Sequence record: SRR20825019_1265
Strand: one strand, 5' to 3'
DNA length: 48,095 nucleotides
Shown here piece after piece: positions 38,526 through 47,188 of the stretch; position 1 is the stretch's first letter, and each line of letters begins with the position of its first letter. The notes under the pieces are model-generated. The model searched no databases, was not told the DNA's origin, and was given only the letters and a program-made list of their open reading frames with translations. Both the position numbers and the translations under genes were made by a program.

Positions 38526-38895
38526 GGCACACTGCTTCTATATTGTTGCCATCCGGGTCGATGACAAAAGCGCCGTAATAGGTCGGATGATAGTGCTCGC
38601 GTACGCCCGGGGCGCCGTTGTCGGTTCCGCCTGCGGCCATAGCGGCTGCGTAGAAGGCGTCGACATCAGCGCGGGTCTCGGTGCGGAACGCATAATGGCG
38701 ACCGGGACCGGTCTCGCTCGCCTCCGTCAACCAGAAATCCGGCCCATCCTTGCCATAGCCGCCGACCTTGACGCCGCCGGTGAACTCCACCGGCACTTCA
38801 TTGAGCAAGGTGATGCCGAGCGGGGCGAAGGTGGCATCATAGAAGGCCTTGGCCTTGTTCCAGTTCGCGACGAGAATTCCAACGTGATCAAGCAT
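38512..38895 (-). CDS. VOC/glyoxalase family protein
   Basis: MLDHVGI, HYAF, VDAFY.AA..AGG.DNGAPG.R..Y, DPDGNNIEAVCH. Confidence 0.9.
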   Translation of the reverse strand: MLDHVGILVANWNKAKAFYDATFAPLGITLLNEVPVEFTGGVKVGGYGKDGPDFWLTEASETGPGRHYAFRTETRADVDAFYAAAMAAGGTDNGAPGVREHYHPTYYGAFVIDPDGNNIEAVCHAPG

Positions 38896-38961
38896 GGGTC
38901 CAACTCCGGTTTGAGGAGTGGCGATCTGGCGCGATTCCGCTGACAGGGCATGGCAGGAAGG

Positions 38962-40365
38962 TCACCGCTTGACCTCCCACTTGGTCTGGCGTTGGCCGGC
39001 TTCGTCCTTGTAGTCCATCAGGGCGATGCCTTGCTCGGCAAGTTCGTTGCGGATGGCGTCAGCCTTGGCGAAGTCTTTGGCGTTGAGGGCGGCGAGGCGG
39101 GCGGCGATTTGTTCGGCAACTTCCACACTGCCGCCAGTTGGAAACTGCGACTTGAGCCAGCCGAGGTTATGGCCTTGCACCCCCAAGAAACGCAATCCGG
39201 CGGCCACCGCAGCGATATCTCCCTCCTTGTGCAAGTTTTGGAGAACTTTGATAGCCGAGGGGGTGTTCAGGTCATCACACACTGCTGAATAGAAATCCGA
39301 GGATAGCTGTCCATCCGAAGCCTCATGACCCTGAACAGCCGAGGTAAGCTTCGATAGAATAATGTCCGCCTCTTCTAGGCGAGCAACGCTAAAATCGATC
39401 GGCTCGCGATAGTGCGTCATGAGCATCGCGAAGCGCAACACCGGACCAGGCCATTTCCACCCGCCAAAGCCGGTCGTCTCCAGCAGGTCGTGGATCGTGA
39501 AGAAATTGCCGAGCGACTTGCTCATCTTTTGGCCTTCGACCTGCAGGAAGCCGTTGTGCATCCAGACATTGGCCATGGCGTGCGAGCCGTGGGCGCAGCG
39601 CGACTGAGCGATCTCATTTTCGTGGTGCGGGAAAATGAGATCGAGTCCGCCGCCATGAATGTCGAATGTCTCGCCCAGATAGCGCTCGGACATGGCGGAG
39701 CATTCGATATGCCAGCCGGGCCGGCCGCGACCCCAGGGGCTGTCCCAGCCGGGTTCATCCTCGGACGACAGCTTCCAGAGTACAAAGTCGGCCGGATTGC
39801 GCTTGTGCGTGTCCACCGCGACGCGGGCGCCGGCCAGATTGTCCTCGAGGTTGCGCCCCGAGAGTTGTCCGTAGTCGGGCATGGAATCGACGGCAAACAA
39901 CACCTCGCCGCCCGCCTCATAGGCATTACCCTTGTCCAGCAGGCGCTGGATCATCGCTTGCATCTCGGCGATGTTTTCGGTGGCGCGGGGCTGGATGGTC
40001 GGTTCGAGGCAGCCGAGCGCAGCAACATCCTTCTGGTATTGCGCGGCGGTGGTTTCGGTGACCTTGCGGATGGCCTCGTTCAGCGGCAGTTCGGGATGAT
40101 CGCGCAGGGCGCGGGCGTTGATCTTGTCATCGACGTCGGTGATGTTTCGCACATAGGTGACGTGCTCGGCCCCATAGGTGTGGCGCAGCAGGCGAAACAG
40201 CAGGTCGAAGACAATGGCGGCCCGGCCATTGCCGATATGGGCGAAGTCATAGACCGTGGGACCGCAGGCATAGAGACGCACATTTTTCTCGTCCATCGGC
40301 ACGAAGGGGGACTTGGTCCGGGTGAGCGTGTTGTAGAGAGAAAGCTGCGGATTTGCCGTGGTCAT
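38962..40365 (-). CDS. cysS: cysteine--tRNA ligase
   Basis: [57 protein letters not shown] 40365 after AGGA. Confidence 0.97.
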   Translation of the reverse strand: MTTANPQLSLYNTLTRTKSPFVPMDEKNVRLYACGPTVYDFAHIGNGRAAIVFDLLFRLLRHTYGAEHVTYVRNITDVDDKINARALRDHPELPLNEAIRKVTETTAAQYQKDVAALGCLEPTIQPRATENIAEMQAMIQRLLDKGNAYEAGGEVLFAVDSMPDYGQLSGRNLEDNLAGARVAVDTHKRNPADFVLWKLSSEDEPGWDSPWGRGRPGWHIECSAMSERYLGETFDIHGGGLDLIFPHHENEIAQSRCAHGSHAMANVWMHNGFLQVEGQKMSKSLGNFFTIHDLLETTGFGGWKWPGPVLRFAMLMTHYREPIDFSVARLEEADIILSKLTSAVQGHEASDGQLSSDFYSAVCDDLNTPSAIKVLQNLHKEGDIAAVAAGLRFLGVQGHNLGWLKSQFPTGGSVEVAEQIAARLAALNAKDFAKADAIRNELAEQGIALMDYKDEAGQRQTKWEVKR

Positions 40366-40464
40366 CGCGGGGTCCTGTGGGCCATACGGAATTGCTCTGG
40401 CGGGAGAGCCTCTATCCGTTTTCAAACTATCAGGATGAAGAAGACCGCTCCGCCAACACTGGGG

Positions 40465-40509
40465 TTAGCAGGTAATAATGCAGCAGATAATGGTGCACGC
40501 GGTGTTCAT
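40465..40509 (-). CDS. Cys/Ile/Thr-rich leader peptide (uORF) of the cysS operon
   Basis: ATG AAC ACC GCG TGC ACC ATT ATC TGC TGC ATT ATT ACC TGC TAA = MNTACTIICCIITC, 99 nt upstream of cysS. Confidence 0.75.
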   Translation of the reverse strand: MNTACTIICCIITC

Positions 40510-40516
40510 GGCGCGG

Positions 40517-40545
40517 AGATTGGCCGGGCGGCCAGAAGAAATCAA
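40517..40545 (-). promoter_or_regulatory. sigma70-like promoter placing +1 at or near the uORF ATG
   Basis: TTGATT(40545-40540)-N17-CAATCT(40522-40517)-7 nt-ATG(40509). Confidence 0.6.
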
Positions 40546-40553
40546 GCCCAAAC

Positions 40554-40580
40554 AAAAAAAGGGCGGTCCGAAGACCGCCC
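40554..40580 (-). terminator. intrinsic terminator of the cytochrome c gene
   Basis: GGGCGGTC-TTCG-GACCGCCC-TTTTTTT on the minus strand. Confidence 0.9.
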
Positions 40581-40610
40581 GATCGCTTTGGAGGCGACAC
40601 TCATCCGTAC

Positions 40611-41054
40611 CTAAGAGGCGCGGAATTGCTCGTGACAGGCACCGCATTGTCCCATGACGGTCTGCAGGCCGGCCTTGTAGGCGTCGACATCACCGGCCTG
40701 TGCACCTGCGAGGGCGGCTTCGGCACCTCCCTTGGCGGTGTCCAGAATTGCGGTGAATTCTTCCCAGTTCTCCCAGATCGCCGGTAGCGCTCTGGACCCT
40801 TCGATTGCGGAACCTTCCGGGAAGAGGTCGGGTAATTGGGTAAAACTATCAACCAATGTCTGCGCGGCGGCGATTGCCTCGTCACCGGTCTTGTCCATGG
40901 CTCCACCCTGGAGAACAGCGCCATTTGACTTCATCAGGTCCTGGCGCATGGCCACGGCCTCTTCTGGGCTAAAGGCATCCTGGGCAATTACACCCAATGC
41001 GCCGACAGCGGCCAAGGCAACGAATGCCAGGGCCGCAGTAGTACGGATGAACAT
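40611..41054 (-). CDS. class II cytochrome c (c556/c')
   Basis: Signal peptide, RQDLMK, LFPEGS, ALPAIWENWEEF, C-terminal CGACH. Confidence 0.9.
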   Translation of the reverse strand: MFIRTTAALAFVALAAVGALGVIAQDAFSPEEAVAMRQDLMKSNGAVLQGGAMDKTGDEAIAAAQTLVDSFTQLPDLFPEGSAIEGSRALPAIWENWEEFTAILDTAKGGAEAALAGAQAGDVDAYKAGLQTVMGQCGACHEQFRAS

Positions 41055-41218
41055 GTCTGCACCTTGATTTGTTGGTAAGCCGGGCCTTCTTCAGCCCAGC
41101 GACATACCGTCGCATGCAAGGTGTGCCCGCCCAACAGGTTCACAGGAATGTGAGATGCCATAACCCAAGCCTCGGGTGAACAGGCCGACGATGAAACATC
41201 GGCAAACCCTGAAATCGA

Positions 41219-41668
41219 TCAGGAACGGAACTGTTGGTGGCACTGGCCACAGGTGCCCATCAGGGATTGCAAGGCGGCACCATAGCCCTCTGCATCCCCT
41301 GCCTCAGCGGCGACAAGCCCGGCTTCGGCAGCCGCCAGGCCGGTATCGACAATTGCAGTGAAGGCTTCCCAGTTTTCCCAGATCGCCGGCAGGGCTTCAC
41401 TGTCACCGACAATGGAGCCTTCGGGGAACAGGTCCGGAATGTGGCTGTAATTGTCGCGCAGTGTCGTCATTGCCGCGACGGCCTCGGCCCCGGACAGATT
41501 GCGCGCGGTGCGCAGAATGCCACCATCTTCCCGCATCAGCGCCTGGCGCATGGCGACCGCTTCTTCAGGTGTTGCGGGCGGGGTGAACGCGTCCTGGGCG
41601 AACACGGCGACTGCACCGACGGCCAGAAAGGCAGCAATAGCGAAGCTGGAAAGCTTGCGGTTGAGCAT
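41219..41668 (-). CDS. class II cytochrome c (c556/c'), paralog
   Basis: Signal peptide, RQALMR, LFPEGS, ALPAIWENWEAF, C-terminal CGQCH. Confidence 0.9.
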   Translation of the reverse strand: MLNRKLSSFAIAAFLAVGAVAVFAQDAFTPPATPEEAVAMRQALMREDGGILRTARNLSGAEAVAAMTTLRDNYSHIPDLFPEGSIVGDSEALPAIWENWEAFTAIVDTGLAAAEAGLVAAEAGDAEGYGAALQSLMGTCGQCHQQFRS

Positions 41669-41777
41669 CAATTGTTTCCCTCAAAATATTATGCACCGAA
41701 CCGGGCCCCTCTTCCCGTTGGCGGCACGTTTACATGGGTTTGTGACAGGCCCAACGGGCACACGTGAAAGTTATCGA

Positions 41778-42785
41778 TCAGTGCGCCAGCAACTCGACAG
41801 ACTGATCGATGTCGCCGAAGACCGACTTTCCAGTTTCATCGACTGCGCCTATGCGCACCTTGTCGCCGGGTTTCAGGAAAGGCGTGCGGGCACGGCCATA
41901 TTTGGCTTTCTCTGCAGTGCGCGCCTCTGCAATGCAAGCAAAGCCGATGCCATCAGCTTTGAGCGGCAGGGTCTGGTCATGCGGGTTGGACACAGTGCCG
42001 CCGCCAATTATTGTCCCGGCAGCCAGGTTTCGGGTGCGGGCGGCCTCGACGATCAGATCGGCAAAGTCGAAATGCATGCCGATGCCGGCATTGGGCTGCC
42101 CATAGAGCTTGCCATTGACCTCGATGCGAATGGGCAGGTGCAGGCGATTATCACGCCAGTTCCCGCCAAGGCTGGCCGGGGTCATCACAATTGGCGCAAA
42201 GGCGGTGGATGGCTTGGCGTGGAAAAAGCCGAACCCGTTCTGGAGATCATCCACCACCAGCCGGCGCAGCGACACATCGTTGAGCACTGTCACAAGGCGA
42301 ATGGCGGACGCGGCCTGTTCGCGCGTCGCGCCCATCGGCACGGCCCCGATGATCACGCCGACTTCGCCCTCGAAATCAAGCGCCAGGTCGTCCCCGGGAA
42401 CCACGATTGGCGCGGTGGCGGCAGAAAGGGAATCCGAGCCGCCCTGATAGAGCAGCGGACGGATGGACTGCAGCTCTTCGTCCTTGCTGCCCTTGAGCGA
42501 CCTGACACGTTCGAGGTGGCTCATATAGGCCGAACCGTCGATCCACTGATAGGCCCTGGGCAGGGGCGCATGAGCTGCCTTGGGGTCGAAGACCTGGCCG
42601 GTAATCTCGCCAGCGTCCAGTTGCGTGGCCAGCGCCTCCAGAGCCGGCTCGGCGCGCGCCCATTCATCCATGGCGGCCTGGAGGTTGGGGGCGATGCGCC
42701 CGGCCGAAACACACCGGTCCAGATCGCTGGAAACGACCACGAGCTGGCCATCGGGACGGCCATTGCGCAAGGTGGCGAGTTTCAT
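41778..42785 (-). CDS. fumarylacetoacetate hydrolase family protein
   Basis: MKLATL...DGQLVVVS, PLPRAYQWIDGSAY, DFEGEV, NDVSLR, GTIIG.GTVSN. Confidence 0.9.
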   Translation of the reverse strand: MKLATLRNGRPDGQLVVVSSDLDRCVSAGRIAPNLQAAMDEWARAEPALEALATQLDAGEITGQVFDPKAAHAPLPRAYQWIDGSAYMSHLERVRSLKGSKDEELQSIRPLLYQGGSDSLSAATAPIVVPGDDLALDFEGEVGVIIGAVPMGATREQAASAIRLVTVLNDVSLRRLVVDDLQNGFGFFHAKPSTAFAPIVMTPASLGGNWRDNRLHLPIRIEVNGKLYGQPNAGIGMHFDFADLIVEAARTRNLAAGTIIGGGTVSNPHDQTLPLKADGIGFACIAEARTAEKAKYGRARTPFLKPGDKVRIGAVDETGKSVFGDIDQSVELLAH

Positions 42786-42984
42786 GCGATCTCTCCTTGA
42801 GGCTTGTGTTGCCCGGACGCGCTACCGCAGGGCAAATCATGTCGCTATAATGTTGCCACGGACGTTAAAGCATTATCCATTGCGTTAGAATCGGTTTGGC
42901 CGCTTCAAGTCATTGTTTTGCCGCGCGATCCATCAGGGGCCGCTCAACGCAAGTGGGTTCGGCCTTCGCAAACGGGAATATGGC

Positions 42985-44124
42985 GTGAACTTCACTTTGT
43001 CCGGGCTTCGCCCACTTATCCTGCTGATTCTTGCGGCAATCGTGTTGATGCTGGACATCGAGGCGGCCCATGCGCAGGCGGCGCAATGCCAGCAGTTGCA
43101 GTCGGCACTCGCCCAGTTCGACCGCAATGGTGACTTCCGCCAGCTCGGCAGCAATTCCAGTGCGGCGCGGCAATTGCAGCGCCAGGTGCAGCAGGCCGAA
43201 AGCCGCTACATTCGTGAAGGCTGCAATGACGATGCCCGCGCCGGCCGTACGCTGAGCCGGAGCTGCCAGTTGATCGCGCGCGATGTGCTGAGCCTGCGGG
43301 ATGACTATGCCCAGCTCAGCCAGTCGGTGGAAACCGCCAACGCGGTGGCCCAGCAACGCGAGGCCATCCTGCAAGAAATGGCGCGCTTTGGGTGCAATTC
43401 GGGGTCCAATGCTACGTTCACCCGCGAGCGTCAGAATATTTTCGACCGGATATTCGGCACCACCTCGGAAGGCGATTTCACCGATGGCGACTTCATCGAT
43501 GGCGGCGATTACTGGGGTTATCAGGGCTACAATACCGTCCGCACAGTATGCGTGCGCCTGAGCGACGGCTATTTCTGGCCGATCAGCTACGCCACCCTGC
43601 CCGACTATATCGGCAATGACGCCATGAGCTGCCAGCAGATGTGTCCCAACACGCCGGTGGAGCTCTATTACTACAATAATCCGGGCGAAGAGCCCGAGCA
43701 GATGCGCAGCATCAATGGCGTGCCCTATGCATCGCTGCCAACGGCCTTTGCCTATCGCAATGAGTTCGACAAGTCGGCCAGCTGCACAGCAGCAGCGCCG
43801 GCCGATGGCTCGGTGATGGTGGTGGCCGCTGCGGACGGCAGCAGCCGGGCCATGCTGGACATAAACGGGTTGCGCATCCCCATGCCCTTGAGGGACCCGC
43901 GAGGGGTAACGCCGGTGCAGGCCGCTGCTCCCGAGGCTGTGGCCACGGTGGCGCTGGTCGATGTGCCCCTGCCCCGCCCGCGTCCCGCCGGGCCGGGGGA
44001 AGCTGCCCGTCAGCCGACGGCACCGGTAGAGCCGGAACTGCGGATCGTCGAGCTTGGCGGGAAGAGTGTCAGGGTAGTCGGTCCAGACACGCCTTACGCC
44101 CGAGCAGGACAAGCAGGGACTTGA
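42985..44124 (+). CDS. exported DUF2865-domain protein
   Basis: GTG start, signal peptide ending AHA, Cys-containing coiled N-terminus, RTVCVRLSDGYFWPIS...C...CP, Y.SLPTAF.YR, C-terminal VRVVGP. Confidence 0.8.
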   Translation: MNFTLSGLRPLILLILAAIVLMLDIEAAHAQAAQCQQLQSALAQFDRNGDFRQLGSNSSAARQLQRQVQQAESRYIREGCNDDARAGRTLSRSCQLIARDVLSLRDDYAQLSQSVETANAVAQQREAILQEMARFGCNSGSNATFTRERQNIFDRIFGTTSEGDFTDGDFIDGGDYWGYQGYNTVRTVCVRLSDGYFWPISYATLPDYIGNDAMSCQQMCPNTPVELYYYNNPGEEPEQMRSINGVPYASLPTAFAYRNEFDKSASCTAAAPADGSVMVVAAADGSSRAMLDINGLRIPMPLRDPRGVTPVQAAAPEAVATVALVDVPLPRPRPAGPGEAARQPTAPVEPELRIVELGGKSVRVVGPDTPYARAGQAGT

Positions 44125-45397
44125 GTTCGGGGCCGTCATGACGGCCCGTCAGCGCCATGCGGAGCGGCAGGAACAGACCCTTGCCCTTGCGTCCGGTACT
44201 CGCCTTGAGCGCATTCGTCCAATGGCTCCAGGTGGTGTCGTCCCAGGGTTCGGGGGGCAGCAGGGCCTTGGCCAATGCCAGGAAGTCACGGTCTTCGTCG
44301 GCCACGACTGGCTCGACTGGCCCGGTCAGCAGCTTGGACCATTCCACGATGTCAGGGAACTTGACGAGGTTCTCACGCAGCAGGGTCCACATGGCCTCGC
44401 CTTCCAGCCCAAGCGCGCTGAGCCGCGGCGCAGCGACCGCATAGGGCATGACGTGCAGCATGCGGGCGTTGAGCGTATCGAGTTCGGCCGGGTCGAACCG
44501 GGCAGAACCGTGCGAGATCATCGAAAAATCGAGCTTCTCAGCGATCGCATCAAGGCCGTCATAGACCTCGACCGGCAGGCTGGTGCCGGTCAGGGTGGCA
44601 ACAATGGCTATGGCCAGCGGTTCGTAGCCCTCTGCACGGAAATCAGCGATCGACTGGCTACCGAGGCGTTTTGAGAAGCCCTGTCCCTGCGCATCGGTCA
44701 GCAGGTTGTGGTGGCCGAAGACAGGCGGCGCTGCGCCCAGGGCCTCAAAGATTTCGATCTGGGTGCCGGTGTTGGACACATGGTCCTCGCCCCGGATGAT
44801 ATGGGTGATGCCCAGATCAATATCGTCGACTACTGATGGCAACGTGTAGAGATAGGATCCGTCCGCACGGATCAGCACCGGGTCGGACATGGACGCGGTA
44901 TTGACCGTCTGCGGGCCCTTGATGAGATCGTCAAACTGCACGGGGCGGCCATCGAGCCGGAAGCGCCAATGCGGCGTGCGGCCTTCGGCCTCGAGCCGGG
45001 CACGATCTTCATCGGTGAGGCTCAGTGCGGCCCGATCATAGATCGGGGGCTTGCCGAGCAGGCGCGCGCGGGCGCGCTTGCGGTCGAGTTCTTCCTCGGT
45101 TTCGTAACACGGATAGAGACGACCGGCCGCAATCAGACGATCGCGGGCGGCATCATAGAGCGCCGTGCGTTCGGACTGGCGCACCAGCACGTCGGGCTGA
45201 ACACCCAGCCAGGACAGGTCCGCCTCGATGCCATCGGCAAATTCTCGGGTGGAGCGCGCGTGGTCGGTGTCATCCATGCGCAGCACGTAGCGGCCGCCAT
45301 GGCGGCGGGCAAAGTACCAATTGAGCAAGGCCGGACGGGCATTGCCCAGATGAATGTGGCCGGTGGGGGACGGCGCCCAGCGAACGGTTACACTCAT
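44069..45397 (-). CDS. gltX: glutamate--tRNA ligase
   Basis: RWAPSPTGHIHLGN, LRMDDTD, THIIRGEDH, FSKR (KMSKS-like), LFLPLR.ALTG..DGPEL. Confidence 0.93.
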   Translation of the reverse strand: MSVTVRWAPSPTGHIHLGNARPALLNWYFARRHGGRYVLRMDDTDHARSTREFADGIEADLSWLGVQPDVLVRQSERTALYDAARDRLIAAGRLYPCYETEEELDRKRARARLLGKPPIYDRAALSLTDEDRARLEAEGRTPHWRFRLDGRPVQFDDLIKGPQTVNTASMSDPVLIRADGSYLYTLPSVVDDIDLGITHIIRGEDHVSNTGTQIEIFEALGAAPPVFGHHNLLTDAQGQGFSKRLGSQSIADFRAEGYEPLAIAIVATLTGTSLPVEVYDGLDAIAEKLDFSMISHGSARFDPAELDTLNARMLHVMPYAVAAPRLSALGLEGEAMWTLLRENLVKFPDIVEWSKLLTGPVEPVVADEDRDFLALAKALLPPEPWDDTTWSHWTNALKASTGRKGKGLFLPLRMALTGRHDGPELKSLLVLLGRKACLDRLP

Positions 45398-47061
45398 CCG
45401 ATTGTCCCGTCCCTGTAGCCATTGGTGATGGGGTATTTGCGACCCTGCCCAAAGGCGCGGGGCGTGATCTTGGGGCCCGGCGCGGACTGGCGGCGCTTGT
45501 ATTCGGCGATGTTGAGCAGGCGTTCGATGCGCTTGACGAGGGCTGCATCGTGGCCGCGCGCGACAATGGCGCCCAGCGCCATTTCCTCTTCGACAATGCA
45601 GGTCAAGATGTCATCCAACACCGGATAGGGCGGCAGGCTGTCCTGGTCGGTCTGGTCGGGACGCAATTCCGCGCTGGGCGCCTTGTCGATGATCGACTGG
45701 GGTATGACCTCGCCTGCCCTACCCAGGCAATCACCCGGCATGTTCTTGTTGCGCCAGGCCGCCAGGGCGTAGACGTCCATCTTGAACATGTCCTTGAGCG
45801 GGTTATATCCGCCATTCATGTCGCCGTAGATGGTGGCGTAGCCAACGCCCATTTCGGACTTGTTGCCCGTGGTGAGCAACATTGAACCGAGCTTGTTGGA
45901 AACCGCCATGAGGATGGTGCCGCGCATGCGGGACTGAATATTTTCCTCAGCTATGTCGATGGGGCGGTTGCCGAAAATAGGCTGCAATTCGTTGAGCGCG
46001 TTGTCGACCGGGTCGCCAATGGCGACAACGTCATAACGGACGCCCAGCCTTTCGGCGCAGTCCTTGGCATCACGCAGGCTGGCCTCGGACGTGTAGCGAT
46101 AGGGCAGCATGATGGCGTGGACCTTCTCGGGTCCGAAGGCGTCGGCTGCCATGGCGGCGACGACAGCACTATCGATGCCGCCGGAAAGCCCCAGCACGAC
46201 GTGGGAGAATCCGTTCTTTTGGACATAGTCGCGCAGGCCAAGCACACAGGCGCGCCAGGGGGCTTCCTCGACCGAAGTCAGGTCCTCAACGCGACCATCG
46301 GTGCAGGTCCAGCCATTTTCGGTCCGCGTCCAGTCCGAAACGATGAAATCGGGTTCGAAAGACTTGCCTTGAACAACCAGTTTGTCGCTCGGCTCCATGG
46401 CAAAGGACGCGCCGTCGAAGACCAGTTCGTCCTGACCACCAACCTGATTGAGATAGAGCATGGGCACCCCGTCTTCAGCGACGCGGGCGCGCACCAGATC
46501 CTTGCGGATGTGCTGCTTATTGGTCCAGTAGGGCGAGCCGTTGGGGCACAGCATGATTTCGGCGCCGCGCATGGCCAGGTGCTCGCAGACGGCTGTGTGC
46601 CAGACATCCTCGCAAATGGGAATGCCCACCGAGATACCCTTGATGGTCACGGGCAATGGCAATGGGCCAGCCTCGAAATAGCGCTTCTCATAAAAAACGT
46701 CGCTATTGGGCAATTCGCGCTTGTAGCGAATGGCGGTAATGTCGCCATGTTCAGCAACAAGGACCGCGTTGTGCAGGCCAGTCACATCGAGCCAGATGGT
46801 GGGCAGAATGAGCACCACATCGGTGCCCTTGGTATCGGCCACCAGCGCACGTGCGGCACCAATGGCGTCCTTGATGAACTGCTCCTTGAACAGCAGGTCG
46901 TCCGGGAAATAACCGGTAAGGAACAGTTCGGACAGCATCAGGATATCGGCCTTGGCGGCCTTGGCGTCGTCCAGCGCCTTGCGCGCGAGCGCGAGGTTTC
47001 CGGACAGGTCGCCCACCTTGGGATTGAGCTGGGCGAGCGCGATGCGAAGCTGGTCGGTCAC
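45394..47061 (-). CDS. nadE: glutamine-dependent NAD+ synthetase
   Basis: Nitrilase-like domain (ELFLTGY, FYEKRYF, ICEDVW) plus GLSGGIDS, ENIQSR.RG, TGNKSE, PSAELRPDQ.D, EYKRRQ. GTG 47061. Confidence 0.95.
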   Translation of the reverse strand: MTDQLRIALAQLNPKVGDLSGNLALARKALDDAKAAKADILMLSELFLTGYFPDDLLFKEQFIKDAIGAARALVADTKGTDVVLILPTIWLDVTGLHNAVLVAEHGDITAIRYKRELPNSDVFYEKRYFEAGPLPLPVTIKGISVGIPICEDVWHTAVCEHLAMRGAEIMLCPNGSPYWTNKQHIRKDLVRARVAEDGVPMLYLNQVGGQDELVFDGASFAMEPSDKLVVQGKSFEPDFIVSDWTRTENGWTCTDGRVEDLTSVEEAPWRACVLGLRDYVQKNGFSHVVLGLSGGIDSAVVAAMAADAFGPEKVHAIMLPYRYTSEASLRDAKDCAERLGVRYDVVAIGDPVDNALNELQPIFGNRPIDIAEENIQSRMRGTILMAVSNKLGSMLLTTGNKSEMGVGYATIYGDMNGGYNPLKDMFKMDVYALAAWRNKNMPGDCLGRAGEVIPQSIIDKAPSAELRPDQTDQDSLPPYPVLDDILTCIVEEEMALGAIVARGHDAALVKRIERLLNIAEYKRRQSAPGPKITPRAFGQGRKYPITNGYRDGTIG

Positions 47062-47092
47062 TGGAAGCTGGCCTGGGTGCAAGGGACAGGAC

Positions 47093-47150
47093 CATCCGGT
47101 GTGGAGCCGGATGCGGCGCAAGGATTAGCCGCTCACCCCCATGAGGGCAA
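47093..47150 (-). promoter_or_regulatory. nadE promoter and 5' hairpin
   Basis: TTGCCC(47150-47145)-N17-TAATCC(47127-47122). 7-bp hairpin CATCCGG/CCGGATG (47113-47093) near the predicted +1. Confidence 0.45.
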
Positions 47151-47188
47151 GCGGCGCAGACAGGAAGCGGCTTTGCAGGCGGAGAAGA

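Noticed and set aside
40510-40647. 60-aa ORF containing the Cys-rich peptide as its C-terminus
   Set aside because: It crosses the cytochrome gene end and a strong terminator; only the last 14 codons lie downstream of the promoter.
41140-41745. TCACA-N4-TGTGA (41140-41153) and TTACA-N6-TGTGA (41730-41745) upstream of the two cytochromes
   Set aside because: Spacing differs and orientation does not match CRP/FNR boxes; too weak to call.
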